DNA of 59,582 bases, filler included. It is 8 parts of 8 records of this genome, joined end to end, with 100 filler letters (N's around TTAATTAATTAA, not from the genome) between each part and the next. Parts side by side here need not be neighbours in the genome. Positions count along the whole stretch, not along the records: positions 19,634 to 33,996 come from SRR31147125_73153; 7 more parts are not named here. One strand, given 5' to 3'. How positions within the stretch are numbered: position 1 is the first letter of the stretch; the number at the start of each line of letters is the position of its first letter. This document shows positions 21,465 through 32,540 of the stretch, one piece after another. The notes beneath the pieces are model-generated. The model did no database searches and was not told where the DNA came from. It was given only the letters and a program-made list of their open reading frames with translations. The translations under genes were made by a program, and so were the position numbers.

Positions 21465-24400
21465 TTAACCGATCCAGTCGTCTTCCGCTTCGATGGGTGC
21501 GAATCCCCTGCGCATCGTGTTCTCCGATACCAGTTTCGGATCCATGAACTGAAGCAGGTAGTCCGGTCCCCCTGCCTTGGAGCCGATTCCGGACATCTTG
21601 AACCCGCCGAACGGCTGCCGCTCAACCAGCGCGCCGGTCGATCCGCGGTTCAGGTAGAGATTGCCGACATTGAATGATTTTCTCGCTTGTTCCAGATGCG
21701 CCGGGCTTCTGGAGAAAACGGACCCGGTCAGGCCAAAGCGGGAAGCGTTGGCCCACTCGATCGCCTGGTCGAAATCCTTGACCTTCATCACCGCGAGCAC
21801 CGGTCCGAAGACTTCCTCTCGGGCTATCCGGTTGTCGGGACTAATGTTTCCGACGATAGTGAGCGGGGCGTAGTACCCGGTATCCGGGACATCGCGGCTG
21901 ATCAGCAGCTCGCCCTCCCGCTTGGCGATGTCGATGTATCTGACGACATTCTTGTAGGCCTGCGCATCGACGACGGGGCCCATGAAGTAGGCAGGATTAT
22001 CGGCCGGGCCGATCGCGATCGACCGGGCCGCCTCGACCAGACGGCTGACGAAGCGTTCGTATATCGGTTCCACCACGATGACGCGGGAGCAGGCCGAGCA
22101 TTTCTGCCCCTGGAAGGCGAAGGCGGAATAAATCACCTGCCCGACCGCCTCATCGAGGTCTGCGTCGTCGTCGATGATGATCCCGTTCTTCCCGCCAAGT
22201 TCGGGGATAACCTGCTTGATCTGGGCTTGACCGTCCTGCACCACCGAGGCTTTTTCAATGATGCGGTGGCCTACTTCCATCGACCCGGTAAACGCGATGA
22301 GCGAAATGTCTTTATGTTCCACCAGGTAATCGCCGATGACCGAGCCGCGTCCCGGCAGGTAGTTGAAAACGCCGTCAGGCAGTCCCGCTTCCTGAAAGAT
22401 CTCCAGGAGTGTGTGGCCGACGACCGATGCCGGCCCGGCGGGTTTGAACAGGACGGGGTTCCCGGCGACGATGGCAGCCGCTGACATCCCGCAGCTGATT
22501 GCCAGCGGGAAGTTCCACGGCGAGATGACCGCCGCGATGCCCTTGGCCTGATACGACAGCCGGTTGTCCTCACCCGGAGCCCGCCCCATGCGCCGGGGCG
22601 ACTCCAGCCGGATCATTTCGCGGCCGTAATATTCGAGGAAATCGATCGCCTCGGCCACATCGGCATAGGCCTGGTCCCACTGTTTTCCGACCTCGACGAT
22701 CTGCCAGGCGGACAGTTCGTAGATGCGTCGCCGCGCGATATCGGCAGCCTTGAACAGGTAGGCCGCACGCTCTGAACCGGTAAGCGCCCACCAGGAACCG
22801 GCCGCAGTCCTGGCCGCATCGAGGGCACGGTCCACCTCGACGGTTCCTGCCTGGCAGATGGTCCCTATTACCTGCATCGGCTCGGCCGGGTTTACCGATT
22901 CAAGGGTATCCTCCGTGATCACTTCGGTGCCTCCAATGGTCAGCGGGTAGGTTCTTCCCAATTGCTGTTTCACCGTTGCCAGTGCTGCTTCAAAATTCGA
23001 GCGTACGTCTGCTTTGGTGAAATCGGCCATCGCCTCGTTGACAAAGGGCAGTGGAGACGATGCCGCGCCACTGTCGGGGTGTTCTTTCTCTGTCTTCTCC
23101 CGTCCTTTCTCAATGGTTGCAAGTGGGTTTTCCACCAGTGCCTCGATATCCACTTCCTCGACAAATGTCTGGCGGAGAAACGACTCGTTGGCGGTGTTTT
23201 CGAGCAGGCGCCTGACCAGGTAGGCCATGCCGGGCAGAAGGTCGCCGTAGGGCGCGTACAACCGGACCCTCCTGGCGACGTTGAGCAGCCCCTTGCGCAC
23301 CGGTTCGGCCATACCGTAGAGTACCTGGAATTCGTAGCGTTCATCCGGTACATCGAGCTCCCGTGCGATTTCCAGCGCCGCCGCGACCGATCTGATATTG
23401 TGCGACCCGCAGGCGTATGAGCAGATATCATGGTTTTCCAGGATCTGCCTGGTGTGCCGCTCGAAGGCCGCGTCGCTTTCGGACTTGATCGTGTACACGG
23501 GAATGTCCCAGCCGTTCTGGCGGGCGATCACCGTTTCGTAGTCCCAGTACGCACCTTTTACCAGCCTGATGGAGATCGGCAGCCCCTGTGACCGCGACCA
23601 GTCAAGGAGCTCCTGCAGGTCCCGGTCGGTATCGAGGAGGTAGGACTGCAGGGCCAGGCGCAGGCCGGGATAGTCCCTGAATTCGTCATGGGAGCGCAGC
23701 CTGCGGTAGAGCTCAAGGGTGATATCCTTGTAGTGGTATGCCTCCATGTCGATGCACATGAACCCGTCGATCTCCCTTACCCGCCGGTACATCGGGATGA
23801 GGCGGGAGAGGATGCCTTTTACAGAACCCTCGAAATCCTTCGGGTCGGTCTGGGAAAAAGGGCCGACGGTTTCACCGATACGTTGACAAGCGGTGCATAC
23901 CCCCAGTCTCCGCCGTCCTTCCCGCCCAGTGACTCCCAGCTCGAACGGGCCTGCTCGAGGCTGTCGAAGAGCGCCATGTACTGGTTCATGTAGGATTCTG
24001 CTTCGACCTCGTTCACCGTCGCTTCTCCGAGGATGTCGACGGTGTAGGCAAAGCCGTCACGGCGCAGTTTCTGGATCGATTTAACAGCCTCTTTGCTGGT
24101 CTCGCCGATGATGAAGGAGCGGGCCATCTTTTCGATGTTGGAGCGGATAGTCCTGCCGAGGATGGCCCCGGTCAGACCGCCGCCGATACCGGCTCCCTTC
24201 GCACCCCATTTTAGAATCGACGGGATGTCCTCGGTGCCGCCCCCGAAATATTCTCGGATATGGCGGGTCAACGACGTTGACGTGTTCAGGTAGGGAAGCA
24301 CATCGACGAAGCGGAACATCTGCACTTTGAACTGTTCGTTCTGCATGCACCAGTCCATTACTTTTCCGGTCCAGAAATTCTTGTTGAACACAGAAGGTGC

Positions 24401-24472
24401 TTCGCCGCTGATGCTCTGCAGAAATTCTCTGCTCGTCTCGGCGATCCGGGTGTCAAGGCTGTTGGATTCCAT
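21465..24472 (-). CDS. putA: Bifunctional proline dehydrogenase / P5C dehydrogenase (frameshift near 23855)
   Basis: MFRFVDVLP, IDME, IRLVKGAYWDYE, YLVRRLLEN, ELGGKN, FQGQKCSACSR and EEVFGP. The two ORFs join by one base in a T-run. Confidence 0.95.
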
Positions 24473-24499
24473 GTACCACCTCTCTTATGTGTGAATCGG

Positions 24500-24988
24500 T
24501 TAGGTATGGATCGTGTCGGGGGGCAGATTTCCCGCCAGTTGCCCGGTGGGGATGGTTTGACGCTCCTTCACGGTTTCGAGCACCAGGGTGGTCCTGGTGT
24601 CGCTCAGTCCCTCTATTTCGCCGAATTTCTTCAACAGCTTCCTGAGGTCCGAGGCGTCTTTGAGTTTTGTTTTTATCAGGTAGTTGTAATCACCCGCGAT
24701 CCAGTGAACTTCCTGGATTTCCGGAAATTCGGCAAGTTGTTCGCCGACCGATGTGCTTCCGACTGTGTCCGAGCTCAGGATATGGATAAAGGCGGTGATG
24801 GTGAGTCCCAGCCTGGCCGCGTTGAGCCGGACTTCGTGTCCCTCGATGATACCGCGTTTTTCAAGCTTGCGGACGCGTTCGAGGATTCCGGACGGGGCCA
24901 TGTTCAATTGCCGGGCAAGTTCAGCATTGGAAATCTTCCCATCTTTTTGAAGAATATTCAAAATAGTGAGATTGATTTTGTCTATCAT
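24500..24988 (-). CDS. Lrp/AsnC-family regulator (PutR-like by context)
   Basis: ILNILQKDGKISNAELARQL..ERVRKLEKRGII and GDYNYL motifs; directly upstream of putA. Confidence 0.9.
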   Translation of the reverse strand: MIDKINLTILNILQKDGKISNAELARQLNMAPSGILERVRKLEKRGIIEGHEVRLNAARLGLTITAFIHILSSDTVGSTSVGEQLAEFPEIQEVHWIAGDYNYLIKTKLKDASDLRKLLKKFGEIEGLSDTRTTLVLETVKERQTIPTGQLAGNLPPDTIHT

Positions 24989-25075
24989 GTGGAAAAACCT
25001 CCCTTATGTCTGAATTATATTCGAAACATGTGGGGAGGTCAACCGGCAAGGATGGACATGTAGATGGACGAGGGC

Positions 25076-26782
25076 TCAGCCCTCAGGCAGTTCTCCGGTT
25101 GTCGGCACGAAGCGAAACAGAACAAAGCCGGTGTTGCGACCGATCTCGACCGGTTCCAGCCCCCGGTTCTGCATCCCTTCGAAATAGAAACTGGTAGTCA
25201 GTCCTGTGGTGATTTCCGGCCGCTCAAACAGGGCCGGCAGATCCTGTAGTTCCCGCTCATCATGTTCAATGGTTGTGAGACCTGAGACAAAGTTGACGCT
25301 CGGTCGGTCATCGATTTCATACATCACGATGATTCCGTTTGGTGGCGACAACGCTACCGCCTCCTCTGCGAGACTGGTCAGCGGGGCATCAATCAGTCGG
25401 TCGTAGAGCGGGATGACCAGGAAGAAGAGGGTGCAGCCGTTGATCAGCGAGCAGATCACCAGGGTTTCAAACAACCGTGCGGCGGATGCCCGTGCCGTAT
25501 GGACCAGCAGACCGGCGGAGAGCAGAAAGAGTGTTCCGGCAAGATACGGACTCCATCCGAGCTCTACCGGTTCGAACAATGCCGGAACCTTGTACGCGTC
25601 TTCTCCGATTAATTCGGCTAGAAAGGGGAAAACAAAGGGCAGTGTAAACAAAATGATACCCAGGAGGCCGGCAGGAACGGCGCCGGTCCAGCCGGCGAGT
25701 CTCCACCCGGCGGTGGTTCTCGTTCCGGTGGTTTCAGACGTTCCACGGTTTTCAAACAGATAGCCGATGAGCAGTGCGAAACCGGGGAGCGCCGGCAGGA
25801 TATAGTTCGGGAGTTTGGTGGCGGCGATCGAGAAGAAAAGGAACACGATGATTGAGAACAGGGAGAACAGCCGAAGATAGCGGTGGCCGGGCTGGCCGGT
25901 GTTTTTCAACGGGATGGTCAGGAGAGCGGCGGGAAGGTAGCCGAACCACGGCATGAAGCCGACGAAGAGGATGATCAGGTAGTAGAAAACCGATCCCGAG
26001 TGTCCCTCCATCGGGTTGGAGAATCGTCCCACATGATGGGTGACGAAGAGTTCTTTCATGAACTCGAAACCGTCAGGGTGCATGAATCCGAGCAGCAGGT
26101 ACCAGGAGAATCCGGTCAGGAGGATGAGTGCCGATCCCGGAAGAAACCAGCGGCGGTTGAAAATCACACCGGGTTTACCAATCGAGAGCAGATAGCAGAG
26201 GGCGGTCAGCAGCGGAAAGAATGCCCCGATCGCCCCCTTGGTAAGCATCGCGAGGGCCGCGCAGAGGCAACCGAGCCAGAACAGCGGCGCCCCGGATTTA
26301 TCGACGAGATAGCGTTCGACGCCGTACCACGAGCTGACCAGACAGCTGACGAAAAACAGGGTCAGCAGCATGTCGGTCATCGCGACCCGGGCGAGATAGA
26401 TGAATATGACCGAGGTGCCGAGCACCAGTGAACTGTTGAAGGCGACCCGGGATCCCAGCGGCCGCAGCGCGCCGAGATAGAACACCGTGATGGTCGCCAG
26501 GGCGGCCAGCGCGTTGAAGAACCGGGCACCCAGCGAGTTGACGCCGAATATCTGGTAGCCGAGCATCTGGGACCAGTAGAGCATCGGCGGCTTTTCGAAG
26601 AACCCCTCGCCGTTCAGCGTCGGCAGAACAGCCTCGCCAGCGACAAACATCGATCGTGAAACTTCGGCGTACACGCCTTCATCGTAGTCGATCACAACCG
26701 CGTTCGGCAGCGAGGTGAAAAAGAGCCCGGAGAACAGGATGAACAGGACCAGGGGAGAGACGACTGTGCTGAGCTTATGCAT
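25076..26782 (-). CDS. ArnT/PMT-family (GT-C) glycosyltransferase
   Basis: DEGVYAEVSRSM, FFEKPPMLYW, LTKG and TKLPNYILP. The likely start is MHKLS at 26782. Confidence 0.9.
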   Translation of the reverse strand: MHKLSTVVSPLVLFILFSGLFFTSLPNAVVIDYDEGVYAEVSRSMFVAGEAVLPTLNGEGFFEKPPMLYWSQMLGYQIFGVNSLGARFFNALAALATITVFYLGALRPLGSRVAFNSSLVLGTSVIFIYLARVAMTDMLLTLFFVSCLVSSWYGVERYLVDKSGAPLFWLGCLCAALAMLTKGAIGAFFPLLTALCYLLSIGKPGVIFNRRWFLPGSALILLTGFSWYLLLGFMHPDGFEFMKELFVTHHVGRFSNPMEGHSGSVFYYLIILFVGFMPWFGYLPAALLTIPLKNTGQPGHRYLRLFSLFSIIVFLFFSIAATKLPNYILPALPGFALLIGYLFENRGTSETTGTRTTAGWRLAGWTGAVPAGLLGIILFTLPFVFPFLAELIGEDAYKVPALFEPVELGWSPYLAGTLFLLSAGLLVHTARASAARLFETLVICSLINGCTLFFLVIPLYDRLIDAPLTSLAEEAVALSPPNGIIVMYEIDDRPSVNFVSGLTTIEHDERELQDLPALFERPEITTGLTTSFYFEGMQNRGLEPVEIGRNTGFVLFRFVPTTGELPEG

Positions 26783-26790
26783 GTATAGAC

Positions 26791-27558
26791 TCACTGATAG
26801 ATTGATTTTCGATAGTGCAGGTAGATACGCCCCAGCTCGATGGGGATTTTGGGGAGATAAGAGAGGGGGATCTTGGATTCCCCGACGTCTTCCCAGCGCT
26901 GCAGGGGCAACTCGTAAATGAGGCGGGCTGCTTCTTCGCGACCATACAGCTCTATAACCCGGGCGAACAGCTCGACGTCGAACAGCCAGGAAGACACGAA
27001 TGGTTCCGCAAACAGGTGGCCGGCCAGTTCCGCGTCTATCAGCTTTGCTCCACACTGGGTGTCGTGGATCGGCAGTTTGAGGATCATCGTGATCCCCAGT
27101 GCGACGATGCGCCCCGGGTAGTGGCGGTACCAGTAGCGCTTGATATTCGCTCCGAGACGCTGGATTCTCGACCCGAAGACCATTTTGTTGTGCGGGTCGG
27201 CGCTGTAATCGATGAACCGGTGAATCTCGGACAGGGGCGTGGCCAGGTCTCCGTCCCAATAACCGACGTGGGTCGGACTCTCACCGAGCGCCTCCTGCAC
27301 GCCCCGTCGGACCGCCTCCGCTTTGCCCCGGTTCCTGTCAAGGCTGAGGAGTGCTGCCCGCGGACCACTAAGGAAACATATCTCGTCCAGCATTTCTGTG
27401 GTACGGTCGGTAGAACCGTCATCGACGAAGAGAAAGGCGACCTCGGGTGTTCCCGCAAGAAACGACACGAATTGATCGGCCGCAAGTCTATGCGCTTCAT
27501 TATAACAGGGAATGACGATGGTGATCACAGGGGTCCTCTTGCTTTCCGGGGTGAACAC
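26791..27558 (-). CDS. GT2 polyprenol-phosphate glycosyltransferase (DPG-synthase-like)
   Basis: IVIPCYNE, VDDGSTD, NRGKAEAVRRG, DGDLATP, DTQCGAK, WLFDVE. Confidence 0.92.
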   Translation of the reverse strand: MFTPESKRTPVITIVIPCYNEAHRLAADQFVSFLAGTPEVAFLFVDDGSTDRTTEMLDEICFLSGPRAALLSLDRNRGKAEAVRRGVQEALGESPTHVGYWDGDLATPLSEIHRFIDYSADPHNKMVFGSRIQRLGANIKRYWYRHYPGRIVALGITMILKLPIHDTQCGAKLIDAELAGHLFAEPFVSSWLFDVELFARVIELYGREEAARLIYELPLQRWEDVGESKIPLSYLPKIPIELGRIYLHYRKSIYQ

Positions 27559-27767
27559 TCCAGTTACCCGAATATTGACAGGATCGTATTAGAATCTGCA
27601 GGGAAGCGCAAGATTTTAACCGGTAACCCGGGGCCTCTCACTCCATATTCTCATTAATCGTATGGCGCTTGAATCCTCACCCGGAACGAGCGCCGCCCGG
27701 TCTAGCTTTTTTGCGTTGCGCTCGGGTCGATTTTACGGTAGTGACAGATGCTTGATTTCCCTACGTC

Positions 27768-28811
27768 TTGTCTAACCCCGTTCAGCACAGGAGCAGCGGA
27801 GACCGATTCTTTATGGTTTATTTTATATTGCTTGCAGTAATAACAGGTGCCGGCTTGGCGGCGATGCTGCTGGTTGCCCCGCACGACATCGGGTTGAGCC
27901 TCTGGTTTTACGAGCGGAAGATGCTGTGGCTCGTCAACCTGATGTCTGATTCGATGTTTGAACTGGAGATGTTCGGCGGCGGTGACCTGGTCGTCTGGTT
28001 TGCAGTCATCACGCTGTTGCTCTACCTCGCCTCTTCGCTGATCGATGTGGACTGCAGTACGACGCGCCCGCTGTTCGGACTGCAGACATGGATCAACGGC
28101 TCCCCGCAGTGGGCCGACTGGCTGCGCCGGAATCGCTTTCGGCTGGAATTCCTGATCGTCTCCACCTTCTGCTGTTCGACGTTGATGGTCAAATTGCTGA
28201 AGTGGACCATGGCGCGGCCGAGACCCAAGAAATTTTTCTGGGGGACGCGGCCTTTTTTCGAGTGGTGGGAAGTCGGACCATATTTCCTCGATGAGGGCAA
28301 ATATCGAGCCAGCTTCCCCAGCGGGCATACCGCTGCCGCCATCACGCTGATGGGGTTGGCGTACGTGCTGTTATACAGTTGCAGAGATCGCCGTATTCGC
28401 CGGACGGGCAGGCTCGTACTCGCCTTCACGCTGCTCTTTGCGGCGGTGATGGCGGTCGCCCGGGTGATGACCAGGGCCCACTGGCCGACCGATGTGATTT
28501 TTTCAATATTCGCCGGCTGGGCGCTGATCCATATCCTGTTTTTTTACGGGCTGCGGGTTGCCCCCGCAGGGCGTTCTCTCGATACGGTGCTCGGCACGAC
28601 TGATCCCCCTCCTCCGTTTCGGGCCGTACGCCTCTGCTGGTACCTCAGTCTCTTCTGCCTGGCGCTGACTGGGGTGGTGATCGGGTTCCGGCACTTTCTC
28701 AACGATCGCTGGCCCTGGCTGATCGTGGTCGCGGTCGCTGCACTGCCTTTACTCGTCTATTCCGCATTGAAAGTCAGGGGTGAGGGGTTGTTCACTGACC
28801 GGTATCCCTGA
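27768..28811 (+). CDS. PAP2-family membrane phosphatase
   Basis: KWTMARPRP, SFPSGH and ARVMTRAHWPTDV motifs; TM segments. Confidence 0.88.
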   Translation: MSNPVQHRSSGDRFFMVYFILLAVITGAGLAAMLLVAPHDIGLSLWFYERKMLWLVNLMSDSMFELEMFGGGDLVVWFAVITLLLYLASSLIDVDCSTTRPLFGLQTWINGSPQWADWLRRNRFRLEFLIVSTFCCSTLMVKLLKWTMARPRPKKFFWGTRPFFEWWEVGPYFLDEGKYRASFPSGHTAAAITLMGLAYVLLYSCRDRRIRRTGRLVLAFTLLFAAVMAVARVMTRAHWPTDVIFSIFAGWALIHILFFYGLRVAPAGRSLDTVLGTTDPPPPFRAVRLCWYLSLFCLALTGVVIGFRHFLNDRWPWLIVVAVAALPLLVYSALKVRGEGLFTDRYP

Positions 28812-28821
28812 GCGGTTCCGG

Positions 28822-29331
28822 TCAATCAAGCGGGAATCTGAGGTTTGCGTCGATGCCGGCCTTCTCGCAATAGCGACTGTTGAGTTCACCCAGCCTGGCG
28901 TTGAACGGGTCGAGCAGGAGCAGGTCTTCGAAGGTGAAGGGATGGTCGTCGGGGAAATTGAGCGGACACGCGGATACCTCGATCTGCTCGTTCATCTCGT
29001 CGATATAGCCGATCGGCAGCCCCTGGGTGCGGCATATCAGTGGTCGATCCTGATACACGGTGCAGAGATCACGGGCAAGAAATCGACAGTTCCCCGGGCC
29101 CGGGGAGGCGCAGGCTGTCTCCGGTTCTGATTTGAGATGTTCGGCGATCAGTGCCGCCTCGAGTGGAGAGAGCGAGAACGGGCGGCAGCACGATGCGCAT
29201 CCCGGAGCACAGCGTAGATGTTCATGCAGCCGCTCGGCTAAGGGGGCGGCGAGGTGTTCCACTTCCTCGATGAGTAAACGGTAGTCCGTTTTCACTGAAG
29301 CTGGAGCAGGGGGCAGATCGGTCAGTTTCAT
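28822..29331 (-). CDS. YkgJ-family cysteine-cluster protein
   Basis: CAPGCASCC, CRFL, CTVYQDRPLICR. Confidence 0.85.
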   Translation of the reverse strand: MKLTDLPPAPASVKTDYRLLIEEVEHLAAPLAERLHEHLRCAPGCASCCRPFSLSPLEAALIAEHLKSEPETACASPGPGNCRFLARDLCTVYQDRPLICRTQGLPIGYIDEMNEQIEVSACPLNFPDDHPFTFEDLLLLDPFNARLGELNSRYCEKAGIDANLRFPLD

Positions 29332-29495
29332 AGGGAGTTGTGTGCGGTAGTTGTCTTTTCCGGGAAAGTAATACACGACCATGCGGGTTTATGAAAGTGT
29401 TCAGAGACGAATTCCGTTCGGATGGGGCATAAAACGGGTCGTGTGCGTGCCTGTAATGGTGTGTACGGAGGGCGAAATCAAAGCGGTGGGTTGGA

Positions 29496-30416
29496 GTGGT
29501 TGAGCGATTTACAACAGGAGTGACTGATCAGGGAAGGCGCCTGGACCAGTTCGTCGGCGAGAACGGGGACGGCTTGTCCCGCACGAAAGCGCGCAGGATT
29601 ATCGATCTTGGCGGCGTCCACGTGGACGGGAGACGGGCCCGCAAGGCCGGCCTGGTAATGGAAGCGGGCCAGCGGGTTGAGGTGCACCGCGATAACGGGC
29701 CGCTCGACCCGTTCCGGCTTGGCGAGGATCATGTCGTCTTCCGGGACGAGTGGATCATCGTTATTAACAAACCGTCCGGAGTCGAGACCCAGCCCACTCC
29801 GGCTCGATACCGGGGAACTCTCTACGAAGCGCTGCAGGTGTATCTGAAACGCGACCGCAGATTCGGGCGGAGGCTGGGAATCGGGATGGCGCAGCGGCTG
29901 GATCGTGATACGAGCGGACTCATCGTGTTCTCCATCCACCCCCGTGCCCACAAGGGGCTCACCGAGCAGATGCAGTCACGTTCGGCCGCGAAGCTCTATC
30001 ATGCGCTGGTGCCCGGCCGACCGCAGCCGCAATCGGGTGTCTACCACTCACAGTTGCGCCGGGATCGGCGAAGCGGTCTGATGAGATCGGTCGCTGATGG
30101 GGGGAAAGAAGCGATCACCACCTATCGGGTCGAGGAATCAATTACCGAGCCCATCGAGATCAGCCGGGTCGAGCTGGTACTGGTAACCGGCCGAACCCAT
30201 CAGATTCGCGCCCACCTGGCCGAGGCCGGGCATCCGCTGCTCGGCGATGTCCGTTACGGGGGTATGGCCGGGGTGGGCGGGTATCGGTTTGAACGTCACT
30301 GCCTGCATTCGTCCCATCTGGAGCTGGTGCACCCGCGGACCCGGGAGCGCGTGCGCTTTTCCACGCCGTTGCCGGATGACATGGCCATGAGCCGCTTCAG
30401 GGCAGGCCAACTCTAG
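29496..30416 (+). CDS. RluA-family pseudouridine synthase with S4 domain
   Basis: RLDQF S4 region, INKPSG, QRLDRDTSG, TGRTHQIRAH, GHPLLGD. Confidence 0.93.
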   Translation: MVERFTTGVTDQGRRLDQFVGENGDGLSRTKARRIIDLGGVHVDGRRARKAGLVMEAGQRVEVHRDNGPLDPFRLGEDHVVFRDEWIIVINKPSGVETQPTPARYRGTLYEALQVYLKRDRRFGRRLGIGMAQRLDRDTSGLIVFSIHPRAHKGLTEQMQSRSAAKLYHALVPGRPQPQSGVYHSQLRRDRRSGLMRSVADGGKEAITTYRVEESITEPIEISRVELVLVTGRTHQIRAHLAEAGHPLLGDVRYGGMAGVGGYRFERHCLHSSHLELVHPRTRERVRFSTPLPDDMAMSRFRAGQL

Positions 30417-30559
30417 GGAACCTTGAATAATTATCTTTTAGCCAATACTCTGCGTTGCGCGCGAAAATTTTATCCTCGACATATCAAACATATGCCTGCG
30501 GTAAAATTACCACACGCGCCTTGATTGTTAACCAAAATCTGAATTATTCAAGGTTCCCT
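30415..30559. mobile_element. MITE-like element, 145 bp, with 18-bp perfect terminal inverted repeats
   Basis: AGGGAACCTTGAATAATT (30415-30432) and AATTATTCAAGGTTCCCT (30542-30559). AT-richer than the flanks, with no ORF. Confidence 0.8.
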
Positions 30560-31933
30560 CTAGTTCTTGAAGCTGTGCACCGGTGCCGGGATTCTGCCGC
30601 CCCATTTGATGAAGCGCGAGGATTTGCCGACGTTGCGCACCGGCATGATCGGGCTGGCCCCGAAGAGCCCGCCGAAGCTGACCGAGTCGCCGACCTCCTT
30701 GCCGGGGACGGGAATGATCCTGACCGCCGTCGTCTTGTTGTTGATCATCCCGAGCGCCATCTCATCGGCGATGATCGCCGCGATCGTGTCGCCGTCCACG
30801 GAACCCGGTATCGCGACCATGTCTATTCCGACCGAGCAGACGCAAGTCATCGCTTCGAGCTTCTCCAGGCACAGGTGATCTTTGCCGACCGCGTCGGCGA
30901 GCACCGCATCCTCCATCACCGGGATGAAGGCGCCGCTGAGGCCGCCGACGGTCTTGGAAGCGAAGATCCCGCCTTTTTTCACCGCATCGTTGAGCAGCGC
31001 GACGATGGCGGTCGAGCCGGGGGCCCCGATCGCATCCACACCGAGGATATGCAGGATCTCGCCCACGCTGTCCCCTACCGTGGGAGTCGGGGCAAGCGAG
31101 AGGTCGACGACGCCGAAGCTGACGCCGAGAATCTCGGAAACCTGGCGACCGACCAACTCGCCGCACCGGGTGACGCGAAACGTCGTCTGTTTGATCTCCT
31201 CTGCGATCTCGTCGAGTTTCAGATCGTTTCTGGTGGCGATGAGCTTTTTCAGGGAACGGGCGATGACACCGGGACCCGATACACCGACGTTGAGTACCGT
31301 GTCGGCTTCCTCCACCCCGTGGATTGCTCCGGCCATGAACGGGTTGTCGCCCGGCTGATTGCAGAACACGACGAATTTGGCGGCCCCGAACCCGGCCTGG
31401 TCGCGGGTTTTCTCGGCGATATTCTTGACGGTGGTCCCGAGCAGCGCGAGCGCGTCCATGTTGATCCCCTTCTGGGAGGACGCGATATTGATCGAGGCAC
31501 AGACTTTCTCGGATGCGCTGAGCGCGTCCGGTAGACTGTGAATGTACTCCCGGTCCGTTTCCGTCATGCCTTTCTCCACCTGGGCGGAGAAGCCGCCGAG
31601 AATGTCGACGCCCGCCGAGTCCGCGGCCCGGTCCAGACATTGGGCCAGCTCGACGAAGCCATCGCGGTTGAAACCCGCTCCGACAAAGGAAATCGGGGTG
31701 ATGGATATGCGTTTGTTCACCACCGGGATGCCGAGTTTTCGCGACACCAGGCTACATGTTTCGACGAACCTGCCGGCCCGCTCCTCAATCCGTGCCTCTA
31801 TGTTTCTGCAGGTTTCCTGCACCGACGGCGCCCGGCAATCGAGCAGGTTGATGCCCATCGTGACGGTGCGGACGTCGAGATTTTCCTTCTGAATCATCTC
31901 GACGGTTGCCAGTATCTGGTCTGATCGCAGCAT
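30560..31933 (-). CDS. DUF711 / UPF0210 (PFL-like fold) protein
   Basis: LDVRTVTMGINL, IPVVNKRISITP, NPFMAGA, KLEAMTCVCSVGIDM, RIPAPVHSFKN. Confidence 0.92.
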   Translation of the reverse strand: MLRSDQILATVEMIQKENLDVRTVTMGINLLDCRAPSVQETCRNIEARIEERAGRFVETCSLVSRKLGIPVVNKRISITPISFVGAGFNRDGFVELAQCLDRAADSAGVDILGGFSAQVEKGMTETDREYIHSLPDALSASEKVCASINIASSQKGINMDALALLGTTVKNIAEKTRDQAGFGAAKFVVFCNQPGDNPFMAGAIHGVEEADTVLNVGVSGPGVIARSLKKLIATRNDLKLDEIAEEIKQTTFRVTRCGELVGRQVSEILGVSFGVVDLSLAPTPTVGDSVGEILHILGVDAIGAPGSTAIVALLNDAVKKGGIFASKTVGGLSGAFIPVMEDAVLADAVGKDHLCLEKLEAMTCVCSVGIDMVAIPGSVDGDTIAAIIADEMALGMINNKTTAVRIIPVPGKEVGDSVSFGGLFGASPIMPVRNVGKSSRFIKWGGRIPAPVHSFKN

Positions 31934-31960
31934 GATCTCTTCCTTGATTACTCGAATTTT

Positions 31961-32515
31961 CTAAAATGGAATTTCGTTGGTGACCTTGAACAGGTCGTGG
32001 TGCTGCAGCACCACTTGGAGACCGTTGTCCTCGGCGTAGCGATCGAGCTTTACGCGTACGTCGACGACCGATGGCACCGCGCTGAGGTCGAGCTGGAGCA
32101 CCATCGTGTAGGTGTTTCCGCTGGTGGTCGTGGCCAAATCCATGATGTTGATATCGTTCTCAAAGCAGAATGAGCTGATCCCGTACACGATGCCCTTGCG
32201 GTTGATCCCCTGGGTCGTCATGATATAGGTCCGCTGCGGCAGCTCCGGCGACTCGTCTACGACCGGGGCGACCACCTTCCTGACAACGACGTCGAGCTCC
32301 GTTGGACTGTCGATTGTGGCGATCTTCTCACGCAGCATCTCCGGGGAGACATCGTTGTCAAAGGCGGCGAAGATGATCATCGTCAAATACCCCCCGAGCG
32401 TCGATTGGTTGAGATCCGCCAGATCGCCGCCGAGCTCGTATATAGCTCCGGTAATGTCGGCGACGATACCGGTTCGGTCCCTGGACATGACCGAAATAAT
32501 CATCTGCTTGTTCAT
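31961..32515 (-). CDS. Tandem ACT-domain protein (GcvR-like)
   Basis: SVMSRDRTGIVA and GINRKGIVY ACT starts; the usual partner upstream of DUF711. Confidence 0.85.
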   Translation of the reverse strand: MNKQMIISVMSRDRTGIVADITGAIYELGGDLADLNQSTLGGYLTMIIFAAFDNDVSPEMLREKIATIDSPTELDVVVRKVVAPVVDESPELPQRTYIMTTQGINRKGIVYGISSFCFENDINIMDLATTTSGNTYTMVLQLDLSAVPSVVDVRVKLDRYAEDNGLQVVLQHHDLFKVTNEIPF

Positions 32516-32540
32516 TGTATCTCCGAGTTCTGGTAGTTTT

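Noticed and set aside
25076-27259. 727-aa ArnT with a long N-terminal extension; similar extensions on yaaA (to 21625) and ilvD (from 48391)
   Set aside because: The extensions overlap neighbouring genes or are non-conserved. Downstream ATGs match the family starts.
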